Source of the DNA: an uncultured virus (IMG/VR IMGVR_UViG_3300025751_003710)
Taxonomy: Duplodnaviria; Heunggongvirae; Uroviricota; Caudoviricetes
Virus record (IMG/VR): IMGVR_UViG_3300025751_003710
DNA: 39,462 nucleotides
Direction: 5' to 3' (one strand)
In this document: positions 9,099 through 17,804 of the stretch, piece by piece
How positions within the stretch are numbered: the stretch's first letter is position 1
Layout of the letters: every line of letters starts with the position of its first letter
The notes under the pieces: generated by a model
The model's database searches: none
What the model was told of the DNA's origin: nothing
What the model saw: only the letters and a program-made list of their open reading frames with translations
Translations under genes and position numbers: made by a program

Positions 9099-9749
9099 AT
9101 GAAACTTATCACAGAAGAAATTTCAAACGTACAGATCGTTACCGAAGGTAAGGGTGCTGATAAAAAATTATACATCGAAGGTGTATTTTTACAAGGTGAA
9201 ATTAAAAATAGAAATGGGAGAATGTATCCTATTTCAACCCTTTCTCGTGAAGTAGATCGTTATAATGAAAATTTTGTTGTGAAAGGTCGTGCTCTTGGAG
9301 AACTTGGACATCCAGATGGACCAACTGTAAATCTTGATCGCGTCTCTCATAAAATTACTTCTCTTGTTAGAGAGGGGAATAATTTTAAAGGAAAAGCACA
9401 AATTTTAAATACTCCTATGGGTAAAATTGCATCCTCACTGTTAGGTGAAGGTGTAATGCTTGGTGTTTCTTCACGTGGTGTTGGATCATTAAAAACAACA
9501 AGTGAAGGTCACAAAATTGTAGGTGAAGATTTCATGTTAGCAACTGCTGCTGATATCGTCGCTGATCCTTCTGCTCCCGATGCATTTGTATCTGGAATCA
9601 TGGAAGGTAAAGAGTGGGTTTGGGAAGGTGGAATTCTTCGCGAACAACTTGCCGAAAAAACACAAAAGAGAATTAATACTCTCGTCGATCAGAGAAGACT
9701 TGATGAACATAAGTTAAACTTGTTCCAAGACTTTTTAAATAACCTCTGA
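9099..9749 (+). CDS. gp21: Prohead protease gp21
   Basis: NRNGRMY, ALGELGHP, GVSSRGVGS and DIVADPSAPDA motifs. Confidence 0.98.
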   Translation: MKLITEEISNVQIVTEGKGADKKLYIEGVFLQGEIKNRNGRMYPISTLSREVDRYNENFVVKGRALGELGHPDGPTVNLDRVSHKITSLVREGNNFKGKAQILNTPMGKIASSLLGEGVMLGVSSRGVGSLKTTSEGHKIVGEDFMLATAADIVADPSAPDAFVSGIMEGKEWVWEGGILREQLAEKTQKRINTLVDQRRLDEHKLNLFQDFLNNL

Positions 9750-9769
9750 ATACATTAAATATCTTAATT

Positions 9770-9777
9770 TATAAATA
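9770..9777 (+). promoter_or_regulatory. Late promoter TATAAATA for gp22/gp23
   Basis: Exact consensus in the intergenic region. Confidence 0.85.
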
Positions 9778-9809
9778 AATATAGATTAATACAATTATAT
9801 CTTAATCAA

Positions 9810-10958
9810 ATGTCCGTTGGTAGCAATTTACAAGAAATGGAAAACGTAGTAACCAAAGGGGCTAAGCCTGCAGATCCAATGCCTAAAATGGCAGATCCAG
9901 GAACTCAATTAGGTTCTGTGGAAGATCTAGGCGGTCCTACTCCAGAAAATTATCGTGCAGACGATGATTCCGCAAAGTTAAAGGATCCTTCCGCAACGTT
10001 GGCACAAGTAAAAAATGTTGTCAATAAGGGCGCAAAAGCAGCAGATTCAATGCCTAAAATGGCTAAGGAAGAAGAAGAAATCGAAGTCGAAGAAGACCAA
10101 GAAATCGTTGCTGAAGAGGAAGTAGTTTCTGAAGAAGAAACCACCGAAGAAGAAGTAGTTGCTGAAGAAGAAACTACTGAAGAAGAAGTGGTTGCCGAAG
10201 CAGAAGAAACAGAAGAACTCAACATTGATGTTGAGGAGGATGTTACTGCTCTCTTAGAAGGAGAGGAACTTTCCGAAGAATTCCAAGAGAAAGCACGTAC
10301 CATTTTTGAAGCTGCTATCAAATCTAAGGTTTCCGAAATTAAGGAAGAATTAAAATCTTCTTATGAAGAAGCATTGGTAGAAGAAGTTTTAGCTGTTAAA
10401 ACTGAACTTGTAGAACGTGTAGATTCCTATCTTGAGTATGTTGCTCAAGAGTGGATGAACGAAAATCAACTTGCTGTTGAGCACGGTCTCAAGACTGAAA
10501 TGACCGAATCATTCCTTACTGGAATGAAGGGTCTTTTTGAAGAACATTATGTAACAATCCCTGAAGATAAGTATGATGTACTCAATAGCATGGTAGAAAA
10601 ACTTGATGAAATGGAAGATAAACTCAACGAGCAGATTAAGTCAAATATTGCTCTAAATCAAAGATTAGCAGAGTCAGTTGCAGATGTAATTTTTGCAGAA
10701 GTCACTGAGGGTCTCGCACTTTCTCAGAAAGACAAGCTCGCTTCTCTTGCAGAAAATGTTGAGTTTGAAAGTGAAGAAAAATATCGTGAGAAGCTGGCAA
10801 CTTTAAAAGAATCATATTTCCCTACAAGAACTGCTAGCACTCAAAAGGACGATTCTGAGAATCTCTCAGAAAGTACCGAAATCCAAGAAGCACAACCATC
10901 CGTTGGTGGTGTAATGGAAGCGTACCTTGAGACACTCTCAAGATCTGCTAAAAAGTGA
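9810..10958 (+). CDS. gp22: Prohead scaffold protein gp22
   Basis: Acidic coiled-coil protein between gp21 and gp23; LSEEFQEKARTIFEAA and VDSYLEYVAQEW motifs. Confidence 0.95.
   Translation: MSVGSNLQEMENVVTKGAKPADPMPKMADPGTQLGSVEDLGGPTPENYRADDDSAKLKDPSATLAQVKNVVNKGAKAADSMPKMAKEEEEIEVEEDQEIVAEEEVVSEEETTEEEVVAEEETTEEEVVAEAEETEELNIDVEEDVTALLEGEELSEEFQEKARTIFEAAIKSKVSEIKEELKSSYEEALVEEVLAVKTELVERVDSYLEYVAQEWMNENQLAVEHGLKTEMTESFLTGMKGLFEEHYVTIPEDKYDVLNSMVEKLDEMEDKLNEQIKSNIALNQRLAESVADVIFAEVTEGLALSQKDKLASLAENVEFESEEKYREKLATLKESYFPTRTASTQKDDSENLSESTEIQEAQPSVGGVMEAYLETLSRSAKK
10131..10196 (+). repeat. 33-nt tandem coding repeat (EEETTEEEVVA x2) in gp22
   Basis: gaagaagaaaccaccgaagaagaagtagttgct / gaagaagaaactactgaagaagaagtggttgcc. 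Confidence 0.8.
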
Positions 10959-11011
10959 GTTCTAAATTATAAAGATTCAAACTAACAAATCTAAAAAGAG
11001 GTTAAAATCAA

Positions 11012-12445
11012 ATGCAAAGTTTCAATGCTGAAGCTCTGCAGGAGAAGTGGGCACCAGTCCTCGACTACGAGGGCATGGATTCGATCAAAGATTCCCATCG
11101 CAGAGCTGTTACCGCAATCCTGTTAGAGAACCAAGAAAAATCACTTCGTGAGGAGCGTGAGTTCCTGTACGAAACACCAAACATGAGCACTGGTTCATCG
11201 GGAGGAACCGCAGGTTTCTCTGCTGATGCTTCCGCTCCTGTTGCTGGTTTCGATCCCGTTCTGATCTCTTTGATCAGACGTTCAATGCCTAACCTGGTCG
11301 CATATGACCTCGCTGGCGTTCAACCAATGAATGGTCCTACTGGACTGATCTTCGCAATGCGCTCTAAGTATGGCGCACCTGGATCTGCCGACGAAGCATT
11401 CTTCAACGAGCCAGATACCGCATATTCCGCACAAGACGATGGACGTGACCTCACTAGTGCTGGTTATACTGGTAATGAAGGTTCAAGTTCTGGTGGTGCT
11501 GTTGGATTTGGTACCACTGCTGCACAAGGTGGATCTAACCCTGGTCTTCTGAGCCCAGACTCCAACTCCACTCAGGCTGCTTATACCGTTGGACGCGGTA
11601 TGAATACCGAAGATGCTGAAGCACTCGGTTCTGAGGATGGAGATCACTTCAACCAGATGGCTTTCTCAATCGAGAAAGTTGCTGTTACTGCTAAGAGCCG
11701 TGCTCTGAAAGCAGAATACAGCCTTGAGCTTGCCCAAGATCTGAGAGCGATCCACGGTCTGAATGCAGAAGCAGAACTCGCAAACATTCTCTCCACTGAG
11801 ATCCTTGCTGAGATCAACCGCGAAGTTATCCGCACCATCTATAAGACTGCTAAGTCTGGTGCTCAGCACAATGTTGCTAACCCTGGTCGTTTCGACCTCG
11901 ACGTTGACTCCAACGGTCGCTGGAGTGTTGAGAAGTTCAAGGGACTTATCTTCCAAATCGAGCGTGATGCTAACGCAATCGCAACCGAAACTCGTCGTGG
12001 AAAAGGCAACATGATCCTCTGCTCTGCAGACGTTGCTTCCGCTCTGACCATGGCTGGTGTACTCGATTACACCCCTGCTCTTAACGCTAACCTCCAGGTT
12101 GATGATACTGGTAACACCTTCGCTGGTGTACTTGCTGGTAAGTATCGCGTATATATCGATCCTTATTCTGGTGGTTCTAACCCCAATGCTAGTGGTGGAC
12201 AATACTACGTTGCAGGTTATAAGGGTTCTTCACCTTATGACGCTGGTCTGTTCTATTGCCCATATGTTCCCCTCCAGATGGTTCGTGCCGTTGGAGAGAA
12301 CACCTTCCAGCCTAAGATCGGCTTTAAGACCCGCTACGGTCTTGTTGCTAACCCATTCGCTGAAGGAACCACTGCAGGTCTCGGACGCATGAACGTTAAC
12401 TCCAACCGTTACTACAGAAGAGTACGTGTTGAGAACCTTATGTGA
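11012..12445 (+). CDS. gp23: Major capsid protein gp23
   Basis: GVQPMNGPTGLIFAMRS, KSRALKAEYSLELAQDL, FYCPYVPLQM and FQPKIGFKTRYG motifs. Confidence 0.99.
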   Translation: MQSFNAEALQEKWAPVLDYEGMDSIKDSHRRAVTAILLENQEKSLREEREFLYETPNMSTGSSGGTAGFSADASAPVAGFDPVLISLIRRSMPNLVAYDLAGVQPMNGPTGLIFAMRSKYGAPGSADEAFFNEPDTAYSAQDDGRDLTSAGYTGNEGSSSGGAVGFGTTAAQGGSNPGLLSPDSNSTQAAYTVGRGMNTEDAEALGSEDGDHFNQMAFSIEKVAVTAKSRALKAEYSLELAQDLRAIHGLNAEAELANILSTEILAEINREVIRTIYKTAKSGAQHNVANPGRFDLDVDSNGRWSVEKFKGLIFQIERDANAIATETRRGKGNMILCSADVASALTMAGVLDYTPALNANLQVDDTGNTFAGVLAGKYRVYIDPYSGGSNPNASGGQYYVAGYKGSSPYDAGLFYCPYVPLQMVRAVGENTFQPKIGFKTRYGLVANPFAEGTTAGLGRMNVNSNRYYRRVRVENLM

Positions 12446-12469
12446 TCTATTTGGTTCACATACTTCTAC

Positions 12470-12497
12470 GGGAGACCTTCGGGTCTCCCTTTTTTTT
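12470..12497 (+). terminator. Rho-independent terminator after gp23
   Basis: GGGAGACC-TTCG-GGTCTCCC (8-bp stem, cUUCGg tetraloop) followed by a T8 run. Confidence 0.95.
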
Positions 12498-12547
12498 CTT
12501 TTGGATTGAATAAACATGGAATATATCCCAAAAGTCAACCAGTTTTG

Positions 12548-12555
12548 AATAAATA
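12548..12555 (+). promoter_or_regulatory. Late promoter (AATAAATA) for gp3
   Basis: NATAAATA downstream of the gp23 terminator, just upstream of the ATG at 12568. Confidence 0.7.
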
Positions 12556-12567
12556 CAAATAAAAACA

Positions 12568-13098
12568 ATGGCAAGTGTTTTTGATGGTCAAATACAAAAT
12601 AGGAATTTTTTATCACCCATAGGTTTCCAATTTATTTTGGAAAAGTATAAAAAAGTTTCATTTTTTTCAAATGCCTTAAGAATACCTGACATTTCTTTGG
12701 GGACCACTGTACAGCAAACTAGATTTAAAGCGATAGAAGTTCCTGGAGATCAAGTACAATATGGTGATTTTTCACTTAGATTTTTAGTTGATGAAAATTT
12801 AGAAAATTATATCTTAATTCATAGGTGGATTACTGCATTAGGATTTTCTGATACACATGATGATTTTAAAAATTTAGTCACTGGTGATGATGCCGTTGAA
12901 GATCCACTAAAACAATTTAGTGATGGAACATTAAATATCTTAAATAGTAACTATAATAGTGTTTGTAGAATTGTTTTTAATGATTTATTTCCAGTTTCTC
13001 TCACATCATTAGAGTTTGAAGCTTCTGATAATGATGTCAATTATTTTACTGCTGAGGTTGTTTTTAAATACACAATCTATGATATAGTAGAATTATAA
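12568..13098 (+). CDS. gp3: Tail completion / sheath stabilizer gp3
   Basis: NFLSPIGFQF, FLVDENLENY, SDGTL.IL and FPVSL motifs; position after gp23. Confidence 0.9.
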   Translation: MASVFDGQIQNRNFLSPIGFQFILEKYKKVSFFSNALRIPDISLGTTVQQTRFKAIEVPGDQVQYGDFSLRFLVDENLENYILIHRWITALGFSDTHDDFKNLVTGDDAVEDPLKQFSDGTLNILNSNYNSVCRIVFNDLFPVSLTSLEFEASDNDVNYFTAEVVFKYTIYDIVEL

Positions 13099-13118
13099 TC
13101 TCTACCTATCTCTATATT

Positions 13119-13550
13119 ATGAATTTGGAAGATATTCAAGATATGTGGAAAAAAGATTCTGTAATTGATCCTGATAATTTACATGATGAATCTTTAAAAA
13201 TTCCACAACTTCATTCAAAGTATTATACATTATACAACACAGTTACTTTGTTGAGAGAGAAATCTAGAGAATCTTACAATAGAACTAGATTAGAGAGATA
13301 CAACTACTACACTGGAAAAGCGCCACAAAAGGTTTATGAAGAAGAACCATTTCCATACAAAGTAAGGGATAAAGAGGCGTTACAGAGGCACCTAGATGCC
13401 GATGAGAGGTTAAATAAATTAGATATGAAACTTAGATACTATGATGTTATGTTAAAGTTTTTGGAAGAAATTATCAAAACAATTTCTAATAGAACATATC
13501 AAATTAAAAATGCAATAGAGTGGCATCGATTCCAAGCAGGATTTAACTAA
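13119..13550 (+). CDS. uvsY: Recombination mediator UvsY
   Basis: ESLKIPQLHSKY and RTYQIKNAIEW.RF.AG motifs. Confidence 0.92.
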   Translation: MNLEDIQDMWKKDSVIDPDNLHDESLKIPQLHSKYYTLYNTVTLLREKSRESYNRTRLERYNYYTGKAPQKVYEEEPFPYKVRDKEALQRHLDADERLNKLDMKLRYYDVMLKFLEEIIKTISNRTYQIKNAIEWHRFQAGFN

Positions 13551-13747
13551 TGGAAGATGAGCAGGATTATGATTATCAAGTTAATTTAAAAATAGAAGAC
13601 ATACGTCTTCTACAGTACTGTGTAGATGAAACTATCAAAAATTGGCCAGGTTCTCCTAGAAGACCTGCTACAGAACAAGAGCATCTTTGGTATTTGCGTA
13701 ATTCTCTTTTTAGAATGATTATGGACTATAACTTTAGAGAACTATGA
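13550..13747 (+). CDS. Small hypothetical protein
   Basis: 65-aa coupled ORF; resembles the next ORF. Confidence 0.7.
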   Translation: MEDEQDYDYQVNLKIEDIRLLQYCVDETIKNWPGSPRRPATEQEHLWYLRNSLFRMIMDYNFREL

Positions 13748-13965
13748 GCGATTACGATTACGAAAGCGATTATAATGAAATGGAAGATGTTCCATATATT
13801 CAGATGGAATTAGATATTAGAGATTGTCACCAAATTTATAAAGCATTGCAGTGCCATGAGGAAAAAGGTACTTTTGGTGATGAATATGATAAATTAAGAA
13901 CAGAACAAATGAAAGATTTTTTTTATAGAATGATCTTAGAATATAAGTTTCAAGTAGGAGAATAA
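13744..13965 (+). CDS. Small hypothetical protein
   Basis: 73-aa ORF with ATGA overlap; resembles the previous ORF. Confidence 0.7.
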   Translation: MSDYDYESDYNEMEDVPYIQMELDIRDCHQIYKALQCHEEKGTFGDEYDKLRTEQMKDFFYRMILEYKFQVGE

Positions 13966-13968
13966 ATA
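13961..13968 (+). promoter_or_regulatory. Late promoter (AATAAATA) for uvsW
   Basis: NATAAATA just upstream of uvsW, which is a late gene in T4. Confidence 0.7.
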
Positions 13969-13991
13969 TTCATAGGTGATGCTTATGAATC

Positions 13992-15455
13992 ATGTCTCAT
14001 TTGATTATTTCAAAAAAGAATGAAGTCTTTCTTCAGGTAAAAGCGGAACCACATGTCTACTACGAGTTAGCAGACCAATTTACCTTTGAAGTACCAGGCG
14101 CAAAATTTATGCCCCAGTATCGAAGTAAATACTGGGATGGAAAAATTCGTCTATTCAATACCCAGACAGGAGAAATATACGTTGGGTTATTAGATAAGGT
14201 TACACAGTTTTGTGATAACCATGGATACACATATGAATTTGTAGATAATAAGTTTTATGGTCTTCCTTTTGAAACAAATGATCATATTTCAAAAGAAGGT
14301 GTGAAAGATTATATGACTGCGATTAGCAAGTACGCTCCACGTGAGTACCAAATAGAAGGTGTTTACGACGCATTAAAACATAATAGAAGGTTGCTGATAT
14401 CCCCAACTGCCTCTGGAAAGTCTCTGATGATATATTCGATTGTGAGATATCACGTTGAGAAGCAACGAAATATTCTGATAGTCGTTCCAACGACTTCGCT
14501 TGTAGAGCAAATGTATAAAGATTTTGCAGACTATGGTTGGGATGTAGGTTCATATTGCCATAAAATTTACGCTGGTAGAGAAAGAGAAACGAACTCTCAA
14601 GTTATTATCACTACCTGGCAGTCGATTTATAAACTCCCCCGAAAATATTTTTCTAGATTTAATGTTGTTGTTGGGGATGAAGCGCACCAGTTTAAATCTA
14701 AATCATTAATATCTATAATGTCAAAACTTTCAGATGCAAAATACAGATTTGGTTTTACAGGGACTCTTGATGGAACTCAAACTCATAAATGGGTACTGGA
14801 GGGTTTATTTGGCCCAAGTTACAAAATTATAAGAACAGAAGAACTAATGGCAAAAGGTCATGTTGCCAAACTGGATATTAACGTGCTTCTACTGAAGCAC
14901 CCAGCACATAAATTTGAAACATTTGAGGATGAAGTCCAGTATATCATTAACCATGAACGTAGAAACAAGTTTATCAGAAATCTTGCTCTTGATTTGAAAG
15001 GAAATACTTTAATTCTTTTTGCAAGAGTTGAAGGTCATGGTCAACCACTATACGATATGATAAATACTGGTAGTGTAGAAAATCGTCACGTATTTTTTGT
15101 CCATGGTGGAGTGGATACAGAAAATAGAGAATTAGTAAGAGAAATTACTGAGAAGGAAAACAACGCGATTATTGTCGCTTCATACGGAACATTTAGTACA
15201 GGTATCAATATTAAGAACCTCCATAATGTTATTTTTGCTTCTCCATCCAAATCTAGAATTCGGAATCTCCAGTCTATTGGAAGGGTGCTCAGGAAAGGAA
15301 ATAACAAAACAAAGGCAACTCTCTATGACATTGCTGACGACATATCCTATAAATCCAGGAACAACTACACACTTAATCATCTAATTGAGAGAATAAAGGT
15401 ATATAACGAAGAAAATTTTAATTACGATATAGTAAACATACCACTAAAAAACTAA
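13992..15455 (+). CDS. uvsW: RNA-DNA / DNA-DNA helicase UvsW
   Basis: WDGKIRL, PTASGKS, DEAH, TGT and QSIGRVLR SF2 helicase motifs. Confidence 0.97.
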   Translation: MSHLIISKKNEVFLQVKAEPHVYYELADQFTFEVPGAKFMPQYRSKYWDGKIRLFNTQTGEIYVGLLDKVTQFCDNHGYTYEFVDNKFYGLPFETNDHISKEGVKDYMTAISKYAPREYQIEGVYDALKHNRRLLISPTASGKSLMIYSIVRYHVEKQRNILIVVPTTSLVEQMYKDFADYGWDVGSYCHKIYAGRERETNSQVIITTWQSIYKLPRKYFSRFNVVVGDEAHQFKSKSLISIMSKLSDAKYRFGFTGTLDGTQTHKWVLEGLFGPSYKIIRTEELMAKGHVAKLDINVLLLKHPAHKFETFEDEVQYIINHERRNKFIRNLALDLKGNTLILFARVEGHGQPLYDMINTGSVENRHVFFVHGGVDTENRELVREITEKENNAIIVASYGTFSTGINIKNLHNVIFASPSKSRIRNLQSIGRVLRKGNNKTKATLYDIADDISYKSRNNYTLNHLIERIKVYNEENFNYDIVNIPLKN

Positions 15456-15892
15456 TGGGAGAAGAATTTTATAGTAGCATAAAATTAATTACTGGAGAAG
15501 AAATATTTTCATTAGTTTTTATTGATGATAATGATGATGATCCAGTAATTGTTATGCAAAATCCAGTTGTGTTAAAAGTAATTACTGGACCAGATAGTCA
15601 ATTTATTAAAATAAAACCATGGATGGATATACCATCAGATGATTTTTATATGGTAAGAATGGATAAAATTATTACTATGACTGAAGTTAATAATGAAAAA
15701 ATTATAGAATGTTACAATGCATTCTTAGAAAGTGATGAAGATGATAGTGCTGAATATAACTCTGCGAATCAAACTGGTAAAGTTAATATAACTGATAATA
15801 TGGGATATATATCTTCGGTAAAAGAAGCTAGAAAACAGTTAGAAGATATCTTTAAAAAAGATATAGATATTAAAGATAATAGAGAAAGCTAA
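15455..15892 (+). CDS. Hypothetical protein, possible Sm-like beta-barrel (paralog 1 of 4)
   Basis: KLITGEEI...NP...KPW...KIITM pattern shared with three other ORFs in this window. Confidence 0.7.
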   Translation: MGEEFYSSIKLITGEEIFSLVFIDDNDDDPVIVMQNPVVLKVITGPDSQFIKIKPWMDIPSDDFYMVRMDKIITMTEVNNEKIIECYNAFLESDEDDSAEYNSANQTGKVNITDNMGYISSVKEARKQLEDIFKKDIDIKDNRES

Positions 15893-15919
15893 AGCTTGTT
15901 CTCCAAACCTAACAAAGGT

Positions 15920-15948
15920 ATTCTACTTATTATTTGAGGTTTTGTCAA
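15920..15948 (-). promoter_or_regulatory. Antisense sigma70-type promoter
   Basis: Minus strand reads TTGACA-17 nt-TAGAAT. Confidence 0.75.
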
Positions 15949-15949
15949 G

Positions 15950-15978
15950 CTGCGTAATGATTTAAAATATGGTATAAT
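15950..15978 (+). promoter_or_regulatory. Sigma70-type promoter for gp55-gp47-gp46
   Basis: CTGCGT-17 nt-TATAAT with extended -10 (TGgTATAAT). Confidence 0.7.
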
Positions 15979-16030
15979 ATATGCATAAGTTGTTTACAGC
16001 AATGAATAAGTTCTATATAAACAGAAAATC

Positions 16031-16504
16031 ATGCCTAAGAAAAAATCCGAACATTATGTAAATAATAAGCAATTATTAGAAGAAATTATAGTTTACAGAA
16101 AAAAATACTTGGATAATAAAGAAAAAGGTTTGGGAAAACCTCTAATTTCTAATTATCTTGGAGATTGTTTTTTAAAAATAGCGACTCATCTTTCATATAA
16201 ACCTAATTTCGTCAATTACATGTTTCGGGAAGATATGATTTCTGATGGTGTAGAAAATTGTATTCAGTATATTCATAATTTTGATCCAAATAAAAGTAGC
16301 AATCCTTTTGCATACTTTACTCAAATAATTCATTATGCTTTTTTGAGAAGAATTTCTAAAGAGAAAAAGCAGTTAGAAATTAAAAATAAAATTATTGAAA
16401 AGACAGGATTTGATGAGGTTATGGTTGTAGACGATAGCTTGCTTTCTAATAGTAGTTCAGACTATAATACCATCAAAGACAACATCCAATATAGAAATCG
16501 ATGA
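16031..16504 (+). CDS. gp55: Late transcription sigma factor gp55
   Basis: HYVNNK, PNFVNY, EDMISDGVENC and NPFAYFTQI motifs. Confidence 0.97.
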   Translation: MPKKKSEHYVNNKQLLEEIIVYRKKYLDNKEKGLGKPLISNYLGDCFLKIATHLSYKPNFVNYMFREDMISDGVENCIQYIHNFDPNKSSNPFAYFTQIIHYAFLRRISKEKKQLEIKNKIIEKTGFDEVMVVDDSLLSNSSSDYNTIKDNIQYRNR

Positions 16505-17535
16505 AGGTTGCGATTATAACAGATACTCATTATGGTGCAAGAAAAGGATCAAAATTTTTACACGATTATTTTGAAAAGTTTTATGATGAGGTATTCTTTC
16601 CTTCATTAGAAAAAGAAAAAATTACCACAGTCATCCATATGGGTGATGCTTTTGATAGTAGAAAATCAATTGATTATCAAAGTTTGGAATGGTCTAAAAA
16701 AGTTGTATTTGATAGACTCAAAAAATATGATGTTCATATGATTGTGGGAAATCATGATACTTACTATAAAGATACTAATGATGTAAACTCTCCAGAATTA
16801 CTTCTTCAAACATATCCAAATATTAAAATTTATAGAGAACCTAAAGAAGTTAATATTGGGGGACTAGATATTCTATTGCTTCCATGGATAAATGAATCTA
16901 ATCAAAAACAGTCTTTTAAACTTATTAAAGATACAACTTGCAACTACGCGATGGGGCACCTTGAGCTCCAAGGATTTAGAGCTCATAAAAACTTGCTCAT
17001 GGATCATGGTCTTTCGGGCGAATTATTTGCAAAGTTCAAGAAGGTCTTCAGCGGTCACTACCACACTAGATCGGATGATGGACGGATCTACTACTTGGGA
17101 AATCCATACGAAATGTTCTGGAACGATGTCGGTGATCGGAGAGGATTCACCATCTTTGATACAGAAAATTGTGAACATTATCCAATAGATAATCCTTTCA
17201 AACTTTTTCATGTTCTCTATTACAATGATGAATCTGCATCACTATTAGATGCAAGACCTTACAAGAATAAAATTGTTAAGATTGTTGTTCGTAATAAACC
17301 ACGTCCGAAAGAGTTTGAAAAAATTATTGATAAACTTCATTCAGCTGGAGTTCAAGAACTAAAAATTGTAGAGGATTTTACAATTCAGGAAAATGAAGAA
17401 TTTTCTGTGGATGATGATGAAAATACAATTTCAATACTTAATCGTTATATTGATGAGTCGGAATTTAATTACGATAAAAAAGTAGTTAAGAATATTTTCC
17501 AAGAAATATATAAACAAGCATGTGAAGTTGAGTAA
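16501..17535 (+). CDS. gp47: Recombination endonuclease subunit gp47 (Mre11/SbcD-like)
   Basis: DTHYG, GDAFD, GNHD, GHLEL and SGHYH metallophosphoesterase motifs. Confidence 0.97.
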   Translation: MKVAIITDTHYGARKGSKFLHDYFEKFYDEVFFPSLEKEKITTVIHMGDAFDSRKSIDYQSLEWSKKVVFDRLKKYDVHMIVGNHDTYYKDTNDVNSPELLLQTYPNIKIYREPKEVNIGGLDILLLPWINESNQKQSFKLIKDTTCNYAMGHLELQGFRAHKNLLMDHGLSGELFAKFKKVFSGHYHTRSDDGRIYYLGNPYEMFWNDVGDRRGFTIFDTENCEHYPIDNPFKLFHVLYYNDESASLLDARPYKNKIVKIVVRNKPRPKEFEKIIDKLHSAGVQELKIVEDFTIQENEEFSVDDDENTISILNRYIDESEFNYDKKVVKNIFQEIYKQACEVE

Positions 17536-17804
17536 TGTTTCTTCTTACCCTTAAAGACAAAAAAGATGATGGTGCATATGCTGTTCAAGATCAATATGGT
17601 CATAAAGTCTTATTTCTTTTTGAAGAAGAGGATGATGCTGAAAGATATGCAATGCAACTAGAAGAGCAAGAAGATACTGAAATGATTGTTGTTGAAGTTG
17701 ATGATGACCTTGCTGTAAAAACGTGTAAGATGTATAATTACAAATATGCAATTATTACACCTGACGATATTGTAGTTCCCCCCAAAGATGATTCTATTTC
17801 ATAA
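17535..17804 (+). CDS. Hypothetical acidic protein
   Basis: 89-aa coupled ORF (LFEEEDDAERYA) between gp47 and gp46. Confidence 0.75.
   Translation: MFLLTLKDKKDDGAYAVQDQYGHKVLFLFEEEDDAERYAMQLEEQEDTEMIVVEVDDDLAVKTCKMYNYKYAIITPDDIVVPPKDDSIS

Noticed and set aside
10081..10220. CRISPR-like or non-coding repeat array
   Set aside because: The repeats are in-frame, spacer-less Glu codon runs. No CRISPR array was seen anywhere in the window.
9950..10321. 123-aa Ser-rich minus-strand ORF
   Set aside because: It is the mirror of the GAA-rich gp22 repeat and has no independent signals.
11370..12616. Several overlapping alternative-frame and antisense ORFs in gp23
   Set aside because: Expected by-product of the strong codon bias of a highly expressed gene; no recognisable motifs.
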